From Selaginella moellendorffii (taxonomy: Eukaryota; Plantae; Lycopodiophyta): a stretch of DNA of 64,000 bases. This document shows, piece by piece, positions 51,236 to 64,000 of the stretch. Location: NCBI RefSeq assembly GCF_000143415.4, contig NW_003314274.1:817788-881787 (forward strand), written 5' to 3'. Under the pieces are notes generated by a model. The model did not search any database. It had not been told where the DNA came from and worked only from the letters and a program-made list of their open reading frames with translations. Each line of letters starts with the position of its first letter. The first letter of the stretch is position 1. Both the position numbers and the translations under genes were made by a program.

Positions 51236-52566
51236 ATGGCGGACGACGACAGCAAGGACATTGCCACAGAGGTAAGCGAGCTGGAGTGTTCTCTCCACAG
51301 CGCAATTGTGGATTGGAATCGATTGGAGTGATTCCAACCGGAATGCGCTCTTCCAGATTGGACCCTTTGATCCCACCAAGAAGAAGAAGAAGAAGAAGGT
51401 CCGGATGGCGGAGGACGAGGATGGCGATGGCGTGGAGAAGCTAACGGAGAAGGTTGAGAGTCTCTCAGGTGAAATCTACGCACTTTTTCTTCTTTTTGCT
51501 CCGTTTTTTCCTTGACGAGATTGATGGCTGCAGTGTCTGTGTCTTCTTCTGTGGATAACTCCGCCGAGACTGTCTTTGCCGGGAAGAAGAAGAAGAAAAA
51601 GAAGGTACTTTCCATCTGTGTTCTTCTTTTGTTGTTGGAGCTTCTGTTGTTTTCTCTAGCCTGTGGAAGCTGATGTCGCGGAAGAGGAAAACTTGGATGC
51701 TGCCGAGACTAATGGTACGTCTGATGCATATGACTGAAAGAGTTCAAGCTTTTTCTTTCTCCCTTTGATAGGGCTCGAAGAAGGCGAAGACGAGGAAGGA
51801 GAAGGCATTGTGCTGGGACCGCGATATCCTTGGGAAGGAACAGACCGAGAATACTTTTATGAAGAGGTAAGAATCTGCATTTTCTCAACCAAATACGAAT
51901 CCATCTCTCTTTTTTTCAGCTGCTGGGACGTGTGTTTAACATTCTCCACGAGAACAATCCCGAGCTCGCTGGGGAGAAGAGGAGGACGATCATGCGGCCT
52001 CCACAGGTGCTCCGAGAGGGTACGAAGAAGACGGTGTTTGTCAACTTCATGGATCTCTGCAAGATGTAAGCTCGGCCATACCATGCCACGGAGAGTTGTA
52101 TTTCTCACATTCTTCTTTCTTTCTTGCAGAATGCACCGACAACCCGAGCACGTCATGGCTTTTCTCCTCGCCGAGCTGGGAACGAGCGGCTCGCTCGACG
52201 GACAGCAGCGACTTGTTGTCAAGGGGCGATTCGTGCCGAAGAACTTTGAGGGGATTCTGCGTCGATACGTGAGTAAGTTCTCAATCTCTTTTCATTTCCT
52301 TCGTTTCGTTTGTCTAGGAGAAATCATTTCTTTATCGATCGCAGATGAATACGTTATGTGCAATGGCTGCAAGAGCCCCGACACTATTCTTTCGAAAGAA
52401 AACAGGCTCTTTTTTCTACGATGCGAGCAAGTAAGCATCGATCAAAGTCGTGATTCTAATTCTCTTTGTTCTTTTGTTGTTTTAGTGCGGGAGCTCTCGC
52501 TCGGTTGCTCCTATCAAAGCTGGATTCGTTGCTAGAGTGGGGAGGAGAAAGGTCACCACGGCTTAA
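51236..52566 (+). CDS. EIF2S2: Eukaryotic translation initiation factor 2 subunit beta
   Basis: Poly-lysine boxes ([11 protein letters not shown]), [30 protein letters not shown]2-C2 finger [15 protein letters not shown]. Confidence 0.96.
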
Positions 52567-52958
52567 ACTTAGAATGAAAGAGTGTATCGTTTGTCTGGAC
52601 ACGTCCTTTCGTGGAATGGAATATGCCTGTCTTGGTCTTGAGAATATTCACCGAGTATCGCCATTTTAGGGCTTCCTTGTTTTCCAGTGGAGCCAGCATT
52701 CTCTTCTCGGCGATAGCGGTGATCGGAGTGGAGGAGCGGCGAAATCTCTGTAAGGCGATGGTTTAGGTGTAGGAATTGCGATGCGATCTGGCGATCGGGT
52801 TCGTCGTAAGGTGCAGAAGCTAGAGTCGTAGGAATGTAGCTAGGTCAGGGATTTTTGATGGAGGAATTCGGTGTGGTGATTATGGATCGAGGCAGGATAA
52901 ATTCGAGTTTGTGGAGATCTTGCCAGAGGGAGGTAGGGGAGCTTCGTCGCAGATCGAG

Positions 52959-55566
52959 ATGCCTAGCGATGAATTTAAGCTGGTGGTGATGGATGCCAAG
53001 GTGCCGGGGAAGGGGAAGAACAATGGCAAAGCAAGCGAGCCCGATTCAGGTAAGCGAAAGAAGAAAAATTCCTGCGATTGAGTTGTTTCTTCTTGTGTTC
53101 TAGAACGAGTCCAAGTTACGGTGAGAGTGAGGCCTCCTACGAAAGCTGAAGAGACCAAGGAAGATGGAGTTCCTTTTATTTTCTTGGACACTGAGAAGAA
53201 TGCTGTGATTGTGAGGCGAAAGTAAGGCTTTCCATTTTTTTTTTCCTTCACTTCGTTTCGGCTAAGAATGTCTACTTTGCAGGGGGAGTTTTGTGGATTT
53301 CACGGAGTTTAAGTTCGATGCTGTTTTGCCTCCAAGTGCGACGCAAGCTGATGTCTACAATGTCTCTGCTCAAGCTGTAATTCAGGTTCGTCATGGGATT
53401 CCTGTTTTGTCTTTCATAACCGGATTTGCCTTTGAAGGATGTTCTTGATGGATACAATGGCACAATTATGGCTTATGGCCAAACAGGAGCTGGAAAGACG
53501 TACACACTCTCGGACATGGTTTTTGACGACGTTGGTGGAACTTCGATTGAAGGTATGTCTTCCAGCTTTAACCGTATTTGGTTTCTTATAGAGGTTCTTT
53601 CCATTCCACAGGAATTATACCTCGTTCCGCAGCCGATATATACATCAGAGCTGAAAGAGACAAAGACCATGAGTACCGAATCTCTATGTCATATATCCAG
53701 ATCTATATGGAAATGGTAAGATCGTTGCTTTTGAGTGGCTGCAGGCGGTGATAACGTTGTTTTGATTTACTCAGATTCAAGATCTCCTCCGTCCTGAGAA
53801 TTCCAACCTCAGCATTCGCGAGACTGAGGCAGGAGGTATTTTTGTCGCAGGCATAGAAGAGGTGCAAGTAAAATCTATCGAGGACGTGATGAAGCTCTTG
53901 ATGATCGGTGATCGAAATCGACGCTTTGCCTTCACAAGATTGGTTCGTCTCTTCGTTCCGATTATTCATTCATAACAAAGCAAGGGACGAATCCATTCCA
54001 GAGAACGGCTAACAATCGGCTTCATGTATAACTAATGTGGATACAAGTGCCTGAACTACAGAATGCCCATTCGTCCCGCAGCCATACGATTGCGATGCTT
54101 ACTGTTGAGAAGAAGGCGGTAAATCCTTTGGACGCTAAATCCTCAGCTGACAAGAAGAAACGAACTCCCAACTCTCAGCCTGGAATTTCTGAGAAGTAAG
54201 TCTTCTTTTTACATTCTTTCATTCGGTTTATATTTCTCTTTGCCTTTGTTCTCCAGGGTCCTTGTCGGCAAGCTTTTTCTTGTTGATCTTGCTGGGTCAG
54301 AAAGGTTGAAAAAGAGCGGTAGGATTCTTATAAAAATTCCTCTCGTATAACGTTGCTGACACGATTTCACAGGCTCGGAGGGCCTTCGAGCATCTGAAGC
54401 TATGAGCGTCAACATGTCTCTCACGGCACTAGGTACCATACTTCTTTTTCTTACTCTTTTTTCATATTCATTCCGGGATCCTATAATGTTTTATTGCGAT
54501 TGTAGGTAAATGCATTAGTGCGAGAGCAGATCCAAGCGTTTTGCACGTCCCTTTCCGGGACTCCAAGCTAACTCGGTTATTGCAGGAATCGCTAGGAGGT
54601 AAGTATAATAGTTCTTTTGAGTTTATTCTCAGTGTTCTAAGATTTCTCTTTCAGGCAATGCCAAGACGTCATTAATCGTCAACATTGCTCCCTGTAGCGA
54701 GTATCTCCAAGAGACGTTATCTTCTCTTCAGTTTGGTGCACGGGTAAGCGTCGCTATGCTCAAGACAATTGCCATTTATTAAGCGTTTTGTTTCGTCAGG
54801 CGATGAAAGTGGCCACTCGAGCTATCATTAATGTGGAAGAGGAGTTTCGTTCCATCACCCGGAACTTGCAAGAAGCACTTGACCTGCAAGACGAAAGGGT
54901 TCACTCACTGGAGGTTTGGTTCTTGGGTTTTTCTGGCAGTGTTAAAAAGAATGGCTTTTTGCTCTTATATACAGGCTGCAGTGCATCATAAAGATGCGCA
55001 GTTGGAGGCCGCCAAACTAAGTTTGGAGCTCAAAACCAGAGAGATGGAAAGATTAAGAGAGGAGCAAAAGCTTCGGGACGAACAAGCTCACCGGAGTGAA
55101 AAGTTTTTGGAGCAACTAAAAGTCAAAGACAAGGATTGGCAAAACAGGTCGAATTTTCTTAGATTTGAAACTTTTCAGCGTGGAACTAATGGCATTTTTC
55201 GTCAATACTCCAGATTAGAGTTGATCAAAATAGCAGCGAAGGACCATCTCATTGAAAAAGAGAACGATCGCATGGACGTATGTGCTTAGTTTTGTTCGTC
55301 CTCTAACTTGGAGACTGTGATTCTCGCAGGACGCGGCTCGCAGGATCCAGAAAGCTTACAAGAAGCATTACGTGATGCATATTTTGGAGGTAAGTTTCTA
55401 GCTTCGAAAGTTTCTACATGGAACTTTTCTTTGTTGGTTCTTCCAGGAGAAGCGAAAGGTAGAACTAGTTGCTGGCTCGATGCTCTTGGCAAACTCCGCG
55501 TCCAAAGTTTTAAAATCCATCTCTACGCTGGACGATTACTTCACAGCAAAGAGAGGGCTTTGCTGA
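52959..55566 (+). CDS. N-terminal-motor kinesin (ARK-like motor) with short coiled coil and IQ-like tail
   Basis: [75 protein letters not shown]; tail [12 protein letters not shown]. Confidence 0.92.
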
Positions 55567-55755
55567 CGATGATGTGTTGCTGGACGCCGTCCGATCTTCA
55601 AGTGTTTGGACGGTGGCCATTATTTTTAATCTCTCTCTCATTCTCGGCAAGCTCTCTCTCGGCTCTTGGCAAGAACACTATATGGTGGATTTGCGATTCG
55701 ATTAGTCTCGGAAAAGAGATGGTTTTTGATAGAAGCACAAAAAAGAACGAGTACT

Positions 55756-56288
55756 CTACTCGTGCTCCTCGCTACGCAGGCGAGCAGAGCCATTGGTGAG
55801 CGCAACGTTGAGCTGCGCAGCTCTCTCGACGATGTCCTTCCTCTTGCGAGTGGAGACGTTGTGAGCAATCTCCGCGCAGTATTTCCTGGAGAGAAAAGAG
55901 AATGAGCTTTGCAAGAAACAGCAATCCCATCTACCGAGCGCAAACCTGTTGTTCATGAGTAGGAGCTCAAGATCTGCCACAGTGTGGACGAGGAACTTGT
56001 AGAAGCCGTTTGGGAGGAGGTGCCTCGTCTTCTTGTTGGAGCCATAGCCGATGTTGGGCATGAGCGTGCATCCCTTGAATTTGCGGCGGACCCTTGAGTC
56101 AATACCTTTCGGACGCCGCCAGTTCTCCTACACCGAGAGACAAAGAGAGAGAATGTCATTCCGCCCCAAATCGAAGCCCTCACTCAATGCACGCTCACCT
56201 TGACGGAGATCTTGCGATCGCTCTGCGGGCGCTTGAATTTCTTGACGCGCTTCTTCACGATCTTCGCCTTCACCAGCGGCTTCACCAT
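55756..56288 (-). CDS. RPL32: 60S ribosomal protein L32 (eL32), 3 exons
   Basis: [52 protein letters not shown]. Confidence 0.97.
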
Positions 56289-56481
56289 CGCTCCTCACTC
56301 GCCCTCTCGAGCGGCGGCCGAGACCTAAAATCTAGCCCTAACCCTAAAAGCTTTGGGAGTTTACAAAGAATGTAACAGATAAATAATGAAAAAAGAACCC
56401 TAAACCAAATGGATTTACATTTAAAGTTTTTGCAAGAAAATGGGTTATTAAAGTGACGAATAGTTAGGGTTCTTCCTGGCT
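56289..56481. promoter_or_regulatory. Short divergent intergenic region (RPL32/PPR) with telo-box-like motifs
   Basis: 193 bp between opposing ATGs; ACCCTAA at ~56341 and ~56397, TTAGGGTT at ~56464. Confidence 0.6.
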
Positions 56482-58326
56482 ATGGCGGTGCGTGTCCTAC
56501 GAAGATATTCCAGCTTTTCCCATCAACGGCGCTTCTACGGTGCGTGACTCTTTCCAAGAATGTAGCTCGAGTGGCCCGGAATGCGTCGACGATCGAGCGA
56601 TTCTCGAAATATCGGCCTCCTAACGCCGTGATTTCCAGGAATCGAGGTCGCGGATCCACCGTCGCCATCATCATCTATCGAAGCCGCCGCTGCGGAAATC
56701 ACCGGTTTCGATTTTGGGGAGCCTTGGAGCCCCATTCAAACCGGCGAGAAGCAAGGTGTTGCGGCAATCCAGAGCCCAGCGGCTACAAATCCCACGAAGA
56801 AAATCCTTCGCGCGCTGCTAGAGGAGAGCGATGAGAGAAAGGGAAAGATTTCCATGGATCTCGTCGATCAGAAGCTCGGCTGCTTCAGTAGGAGACTATC
56901 GGATAGAGTCGTGGCACAGGTACTCAGGCAGCTAGTCGATCCAGACTTGGCAATGGCGTTTTTTCAATGGGCTGGGAGCCAAGTCCACTACAACCATGGA
57001 ACTTTGAGCTACAACTATCTCCTGGAGGTACTCGCTAAGTCTGGACGCTGTGATCACGTCTATGGAACTTACAACGATATGTTGGGTGCAGGTTGTGTGC
57101 CAAACACATACACGTATGGCTACCTCCTGCGAAGCTTGTGTCAAGCCCAGAGATTCGAAGAAGCCCGCAGTGTTTTCCGAGGTATGGCCGCACAGGGCTG
57201 CTCTCCAAACGTGTTCTCGTATAGCATTTTGATCGCGGGGCTTTGTAGAGGGCAAAAGGTTGACGAGGCTGCCGAGCTCCTCAACGAGATGATCGATGGT
57301 GGCCACCAGCCAAACGTTGTGACTTACGGGTCGCTTCTCAGCGGGCTGTGCAAGATGGGGAAGCTCAAAGAGGCCGTGGATCTTTTCTCGAGGATGGTCT
57401 ACCGGGGCTGTCCGCCAGATGGTGTGGTTTACAACGTTCTCATAGATGGTTTCTCCAAGAAGGGTGACATGGGTGAAGCGTACAGGCTCTTCGAGGAGAT
57501 GCTCGAGAAGGGGTGTATACCCACGGTCTTCACGTACAACTCGCTGCTCAGTGGATTCTCCAGGAAAGGCGAGTTTGGAAGGGTCCAGAGCTTGTTCAAG
57601 GACATGCTTCGCCAGGGATGCGTGCCAAACATCTTCACCTTCAACAATCTGCTGGATGGCTTCTGCAAGATGGGTGACATGGTGGAGGCACACCGGCTGT
57701 TTCTAGAGATGCGAAGCCTCGGCTGTCCTCCGGACGTGGTGAGCTACAACACTTTGATGAGGGGGATGTGCTCGAAAGGGAAGCCGCACGAAGCTCAGAG
57801 GCTGCTCAGGGAGATGATCAGGTCGGGTGTCGGCCCGGATATCGTCTCCTACAACATTCTCATCGATGGATATTCAAAGTCTGGAGCTCTCGACCATGCC
57901 ATCAAGCTGTTCTACGAGATTCCAAAGTCCGGACTGGAGCCCGACGCATTCAGCTACTCGACCATCATCGACTGTCTGTGTAGAGCTGGCAAAGTTGGAG
58001 CAGCCTTCGTGGTTTTCAAGGACATGATCGCGAACGGAAGCGCTCCAGATGCCGCGGTGGTGATACCGCTTGTCATCGGGCTTTGCCGGGGCGAGAGATT
58101 GACGGAGTCGTGCGAGCTGTTCCAGGCGATGGTGAAGTTCGAGTGCGTGCCACTGATCCCAGAGTACAACCTCCTCATGTACAAGCTGTGCAAGGCCAAG
58201 CGCAGCGACGACGTTTGCGAGATCTTTCACGAGCTCACGGAGCGAGGCTTCTCCCCCGACGTCGAGATCTCCAAAGTCATTCTCGAGACGCTGAGAAGGA
58301 GCGACGACAAAGAAGCCGCGGAATGA
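56482..58326 (+). CDS. P-class PPR protein, probably mitochondrial; exons 56482-56539 and 56639-58326, 581 aa
   Basis: About 12 tandem 35-aa repeats (PNVVTYGSLLSGLCKMG type); an in-frame phase-1 intron adds the presequence-like MAVRVLRRYSSFSHQRRFYG. Confidence 0.93.
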
Positions 58327-59291
58327 GAATCCTTGGACAAAGGCTGGCGATACATTCCACGAGCTATACTTCAACCGGGATCATCCTCCAAAACCAAGGT
58401 ACCTTTTTTTTTCTCTTTTGATTTCGAGACTTATTCCATTTTTCATCTCACATTCTTAGACCAAGGTTTTTTTTTTCGAGTTTTTCATCTCACATTCTTT
58501 GCAAATTCCAGATGACCGCATGGATGAATCGAGGGAAAGCAAGAAAATGGAATGGAAGATCGTTCCATTGAATGTGGAGGGTGTTCTTCCGTGAACTAGG
58601 GAATTAAATGATATAATCGTCTTTAGTTTTCCTTGGAAGTCACTTTTGGTTTGATAAATATCTAGCGACTCGATGCTTAGGACAGGGCAGTTAAAGCCCC
58701 AGTGTGAAGAGGCCTTGTATATGGCGGCGTGCTTGAATTAGGGCTTGTGCCAGTCAGGACGGTCCGTCGTCGCCCGTCGCCAACGTCATCTCCTCCACTC
58801 TTTGTTCTACTTACCTAGGTCTCGTTATCGCCAGAAATTTCTCCTTCCAGCAAGCGCCCAGCGCCAAGTAATCGCGCCACAGCGCGCCCGGCGCTCGCGA
58901 GCTTCATCCTTCTCTGCTCGACGTAGAGTCGACGGCCTCGGACTGTTCCAGCATCGGCATTTCCTCTCCTCGCGTAGAATCCGGCATTTCTTCACAGCAG
59001 GGCTCCGGAACGGCAGGGAATTCGCTTGGCCGTGGCGACATTGCCGCAGGGTTTAAGGGCCGAGCAGGAAAATCGCGAAATCGTCCGCCATTGGGGTTTC
59101 TGCGAGCTCAAGAACAGGTATTTCGATCGATATTTAGGTCTGCGGTGTCGCTAAAAGTGGTCGCTTGTTCATCCAGGCCGGAGAGATATTTCTTCCCCTC
59201 CTCCCTCGGATTGATTGCATGGTTCCTCTCAGGTACTAGAGCGAGCGCGCTAGCTTTTTTTTGCCTGGCATGACTGGAGAGAATAGCTGCT

Positions 59292-62200
59292 ATGCCGAGA
59301 GCTAGTGCCGCATTGAAGCCAGTGCTACCGCCGAGTCGACGAAGCCCATCGGATTCTCACCACTGCTGCCACACCAGTTGCTGCTCCTCCTCCTCTGCCG
59401 GTACTCTCCATGGAACCCTTGCTCTCTCTTCGTTATGCATTCCTTGCTCATCCTCCGGTAGCTCATTCTCGTCCCACTCTCGCTGTGCAGGTCTCCCTGT
59501 GTCGTCCCTGCCAGCATGCTCTGAGCCCATGACGCCCTCGTCCTCCTCGTCTTCTCCTTCCACCACCATCTCGGCCATTGTTTCCAAGTCTTCTTCTAGC
59601 TCCTCTTCTTCCTCGGCTTCTCTCACTACTACCACCACTGCTGCTGCTGCGTGTTCTTCTTCCAGCCCTAATTCCTCGGTCTCTTGCTCGCAGCAGGCTC
59701 TCCAAGACACCTTGTATGAGTACGTGAGAGGCTTGCAGGATGCCATTAAGGTTCCTGACCCTGAGCTTGCGGAGCGCCTACTTGTGGAGATTGGGAGTGC
59801 GTTGAGTCTGCCATCTGCCGTCTCTCTGATCATCTCGGCCAACGGGGCTTGCCTCATTGCATCGTGTGTCAAGCACTTCCGCGGGGCTGGGACGGGCAAG
59901 GCAGGCAAGGTGGCATCATCGAAAGTTTCCAAGTCCGGTGGTGGTGGTGCTACTGGCAGATCATCGTCGTCCAAGAGCGACGAGCATGATCCTGGGGGAC
60001 AGGTCGTTGCTCCCGCTTTCACCGAGGCTGCCCGAGCGGAGTTTCTGGACGTGCTCGAGTCAACAGTGACGGCTGCTGCTGCTGCCGCTGTTGCTGCTAT
60101 GGACGAGGTTGTTCTTCCCTCCGAGTCGCGGAGGAAAAGGCAGAGGACTGTTGTAGAAGAAGAGGACGTGGTGCCGTGCTATCAGAACAGGGAATGCAGG
60201 TCTTCGTTCCTGGAGAAGTCCAGAAAGCCTTTGAAGCTCAAGGGACGCAGCTTGAAGGTTGGTAGCTCTCGGAAAGTAGTGGGGTTTAGTGAACACGCAG
60301 AGAACTTTAGGCCACAGGACGAGGGGAAAGTCCCGGAAACAGGGGTTACCTTGGAGAACGGGAAAGTTAGGGAGGATAGTAACGACGTAGCGGTGGAGCT
60401 AGATGAGAACAAGGACAAGTTTTTAGATAGTAGCAAGGCGGATCTGGACGACTCGGAAGATAGTACTAGCACTGTGAGCGAAGAGGAGGGTGATGGCGTA
60501 TATTTACTCGCCAAATCGTCGGGCATGTCGAACGTAGTGGCGACTGCATGCAGTGCATTGGACAAGCTGCTGACTGCCGCATTGCAATCGAAAACTGGTG
60601 TCAAGGTGAAGGCGGGAAACTCGAGCTTGGGAATAGGAAATGGCAAGCGGGGCAAGGCACTCTCTGCTGAGATGTACGTAGCTCTCACAGAGGCATTCGT
60701 GGATATGGTTCATGTTCTCAAGGACAATGTGGACCTGCTGAGCTGGTGCCTGAATTGTTTGGGCAGCATACTTCCACCCGGTAGTTTGGATCGAACGTCA
60801 TTCGAAAGTAGCACGTACAGCAGTGTTGCTCCGGTAAAAGAGACTGTCAGCAATGACGATGATGTGTCGAAGGCTGACAACGCTGACAATCAATCGCTCT
60901 CCGTCCAAGCTCATCCTGCTCCGGCTGATCACTCACTTTTGGACCAAAAGCTCTTCCCCTCCAAAGCACTTTTGAAGCTGGCTACCAAGTATCGTGAGCA
61001 CTCGACATCATCTGATTTTACCTTGAAAATAGGATCGAAGTCGACCTCGGGAAGCTATGTGGCAGCAGCGCGTACGCTTTCCTCGGGCAAGAGTTACAAA
61101 GGGATGCTGCAATCAACATTCTGCGGTGGCATTTCATCGGAGAGCACAAGCAGCTCTATTTCTGCGCTAGCTGCGGTGGCGTATGCGGCGACCGTTCCCA
61201 TGCTAGCAGAGAAAGCTGTCAAAGCGATTTTGAACGCAATGCAGTCATGCAGCATCGAATCTCATTCGACCATGGCCGGTACGTATATTTCTTTCGGTGT
61301 TTTCTTCTTGTGTCTCTGTTATTGATATTTGTGTTATTAGCAGCATTAAGGGCTCTTTCGGCACATCTATCTTCTACGAATTCTAAGACGGCGTGTGATG
61401 ATGCGTTCACTTTTATAATAGCGGCTATGCGAGAGTTCGCTAATGATGCGGATATGCAGGCAGAAAGTTGTCTGGCTCTTGGTTCACTAATCAGAGCAGT
61501 TTCTTCCACTACCGGTCATGCCGCATGGGCTGCGATAACTATTGCAATGGATAATCATCCTAGCAACCTCGCAGTACAGGTACACTGTGGTTTCAAGATT
61601 TCGAGCTATGCCTGACACTTTTTTTACACAGAGGGCAGGGTGTGGTGCATTGCAAGTTCTTTGCACTAGGACTGGTCTTGGAGTCCCGGAATGGAGAACT
61701 GGAAAGAGACCTCTTAGAGCTTCAAGGGATATAGACAGGGAGGCAGGTGCTCGAGCTCTTATTTCTTCAATGGCATCTTTCCCGAATGATGTCAGAATTC
61801 AGTGGCACGGCTGCAGTACCCTGTGGACTTTAGTCCATTCTGCTGGGGTCAAAAGCGTTGCGAATATGGTGAGCCTGGGTGCAGTTACCGCTGTTGTCGG
61901 GGCAATGTCCGTGTGCAGAATGAACGAGATGATGCAGCAGGAAGGTTGCAACGTCATCGGAACTATGGTCAGAACACTTGCGGAGAACGGGCATGAGATC
62001 GGCCTTTTTCTCTCGTCAACTGCAAAGTCTGAAGGACAGGAGCCTGATTCTGAGGAGAGCTTAGAGAAATCTACTGACTGGTGGGCAGCTTTGGGAGCAG
62101 TTGTTAGTGCGATGAAGATGTTCAGCAAGTCCAAATCTCTACAAAGCAACGGAACGTTCGCTCTTGGCTGTATTCTCAAAGGTTCCGGCGAGACTGCAAC

Positions 62201-64000
62201 TTTCGGCTCCACATGTACTGATGTACCTGTCAAGCCAGCGATTGGAGTTGATGCTGCAGATGCAGGAAAAACCGACAGCTCGAAGTCACAGAAGCAGGAT
62301 GCTACACTTTCTCCGGACTTTCCAGGGAAGGATATCGTCGACAATGTGGAAAGAATCAGCGCAGCTGTTGAAGCAACCATGGCGGCTATGCGGGAGTTTT
62401 CGAAAGTTGAGACCGTCCAAGTTTGGGGGTGTGCAGTGCTGCAGCAAGCATTTCTCCCATACGTCCACTATGCGAAGTGTCTTGGCCCCGTATGCGCATC
62501 GGCTTCCAGTTTGCAGCCTCAACTTTTTTCTCAGCATTTGCTGGCACATGATTCTTTGAGGACGGAGTCACTTCCTTCTGCAGCAGATTCAAATGTGAAG
62601 AGCGCCGAGGCTGGGGCACCTTCTCCTTCAGATTGGTTGGCGAAGTTTATCCTTTCTCAGGCGGCTTCGGTGATGTATATGATATCACGAACGATGGCCT
62701 TCTCATACAACAACAGCTCGACAGGATCTCAGACTAATCAAGCGAAGGCCACGTCCCTTCATCCAGCTCGTGGGAAGCCGACACTTTACTCGAGAACTCA
62801 GACGGCAACATCCAGTATTTTTTTCTCGTCCGTGCGGCAAAGCTGGTGTGCTGCATTAGGGGCTATTGGAGACGTTTTTGGATACCTTACTCGGGATTCG
62901 GAGATCGCGATTGGCAAGGGTGGCTTCACAAACAGTGATTGCGTGGACTTCTTCAGAAGCAACAAGAGTTTCCTAGACCGCTCAAACGGGGAGCAGTTTC
63001 TGAATATTGATATGAAGAGCTCTGGTGATGATGAGTCCGAGGATGGTGCGCAATCCGAGAAGAGCTCTTTGGACACAGCAAAGCCGGACGAAGAAAGTGA
63101 AAGGAAAGGGAGCCACCACATCTGCTCAAGCAGTCACAAGTGTTGCGGGAGCTCCTCTTGGATTGATTGGAGTGGCTTTGGTGCCTCACAGCAGCAAGCC
63201 GTCAAGGACATCAAGGCCTGGCAAGAAGCAACGGAGTCAATGGCTAAAATTGCCGAAGATGTTGGATTTCCTCTGGCGGTGAAGCATGCTATACTATCCA
63301 TTCGGACGATATTCTACAAGCTAGAGGACGCGGAGACGGTGATCTGGGCATGCCATGCGTTGGTAAGCTTGTACCTCACCTGGGAAAATTTGCATCTCTT
63401 TAAACCTGGGACAGAAGTTGATCGCGAAGAGTACAAGGCGAAAATATGGTGAGTTTATACATGACGTTTTTCTTGTCACCTTTATAAATTTTCCAACTTC
63501 TGCCTGCAGGGGTGAGGGCGAAGCAGGTGTCAAGCAGCTTGTTGATCTTGTGGTTCACTGGACAAGCCAAAATCGGCTCGACGTTACCAGCCTTGCACTT
63601 CATGCTCTCTATGGTGCCTGTGTGTCGGCGGCAACAGTCAAGGAGATCGAGGCGGTATTTGATCTGGGATGTCCTGGAGCTGAAGCGGTTCTAGGTGCTA
63701 TGCAAAAGGCGCTATTGAGTGGCAGTGCTCAACACAGAAGGAAAGTTGTACAGCAAGCCTGCTGTGTGCTTGCGACGGTCTGTGGCTGCAGCGTACGTGC
63801 TCAGGTGGCGGTGTCTGCTCATGGTGGTGCGGATTTAATATTGACTGTCCTGGATCGCTACAACGAAGACAGTCAGATTCAGGTCAATGGACTCCACGCT
63901 CTCGGTATCGACTCACATGGACAGCCAGATTTTGATGCCATCTGGAACTCCGCAATCTCCAAGACAGTTCCTGCTGGAAAATCCAACCGTCGACGGCGCA
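59292..64000 (+). CDS. Large Ser-rich protein with dispersed armadillo-like repeats; incomplete at the window end
   Basis: ORFs of 677 and 636 aa joined by short GT-AG introns (~61278-61340, ~61580-61632, ~63449-63509); recurring AM..F....VQ..GC.AL units. Confidence 0.8.

Noticed and set aside
56932-63189. Long antisense ORFs over the PPR and ARM genes
   Set aside because: Shadow frames of GC-rich coding sequence with no independent signals.

Overview
Eukaryotic (plant) nuclear DNA. The 50-60 bp introns, dense gene packing, PPR and CLE genes and a ciliary gene point to a lycophyte such as Selaginella; this is an inference, not a database match. Positions 1 to about 30 kb are a nested transposon field. 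It holds two Helitron Rep/helicase remnants, older and young copies of a non-coding LTR element (young copy 5962-13209 with TAAGG target-site duplication), a 676-bp TRIM plus a solo LTR of it, two 5S-rRNA-containing Cassandra-type LTRs, a decayed endonuclease-less Penelope-like RT, a chimeric Ty3/gypsy pol, and an internally deleted LEUNIG-like gene. From about 31 kb the window is gene-dense: an ASCC3/Slh1-type double Ski2 helicase, then a scrambled duplication zone (about 40-48.7 kb) containing an AAA+/PD-(D/E)xK Crinkler-like gene and a Copia remnant. After that come a spliced CLE peptide gene, an enkurin-domain gene, eIF2-beta, a kinesin with an IQ-like tail, RPL32, a P-class PPR gene and a large atypical armadillo-repeat gene that runs off the end. 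There are two assembly gaps. All calls come from reading motifs by eye, and boundaries of decayed elements are approximate.
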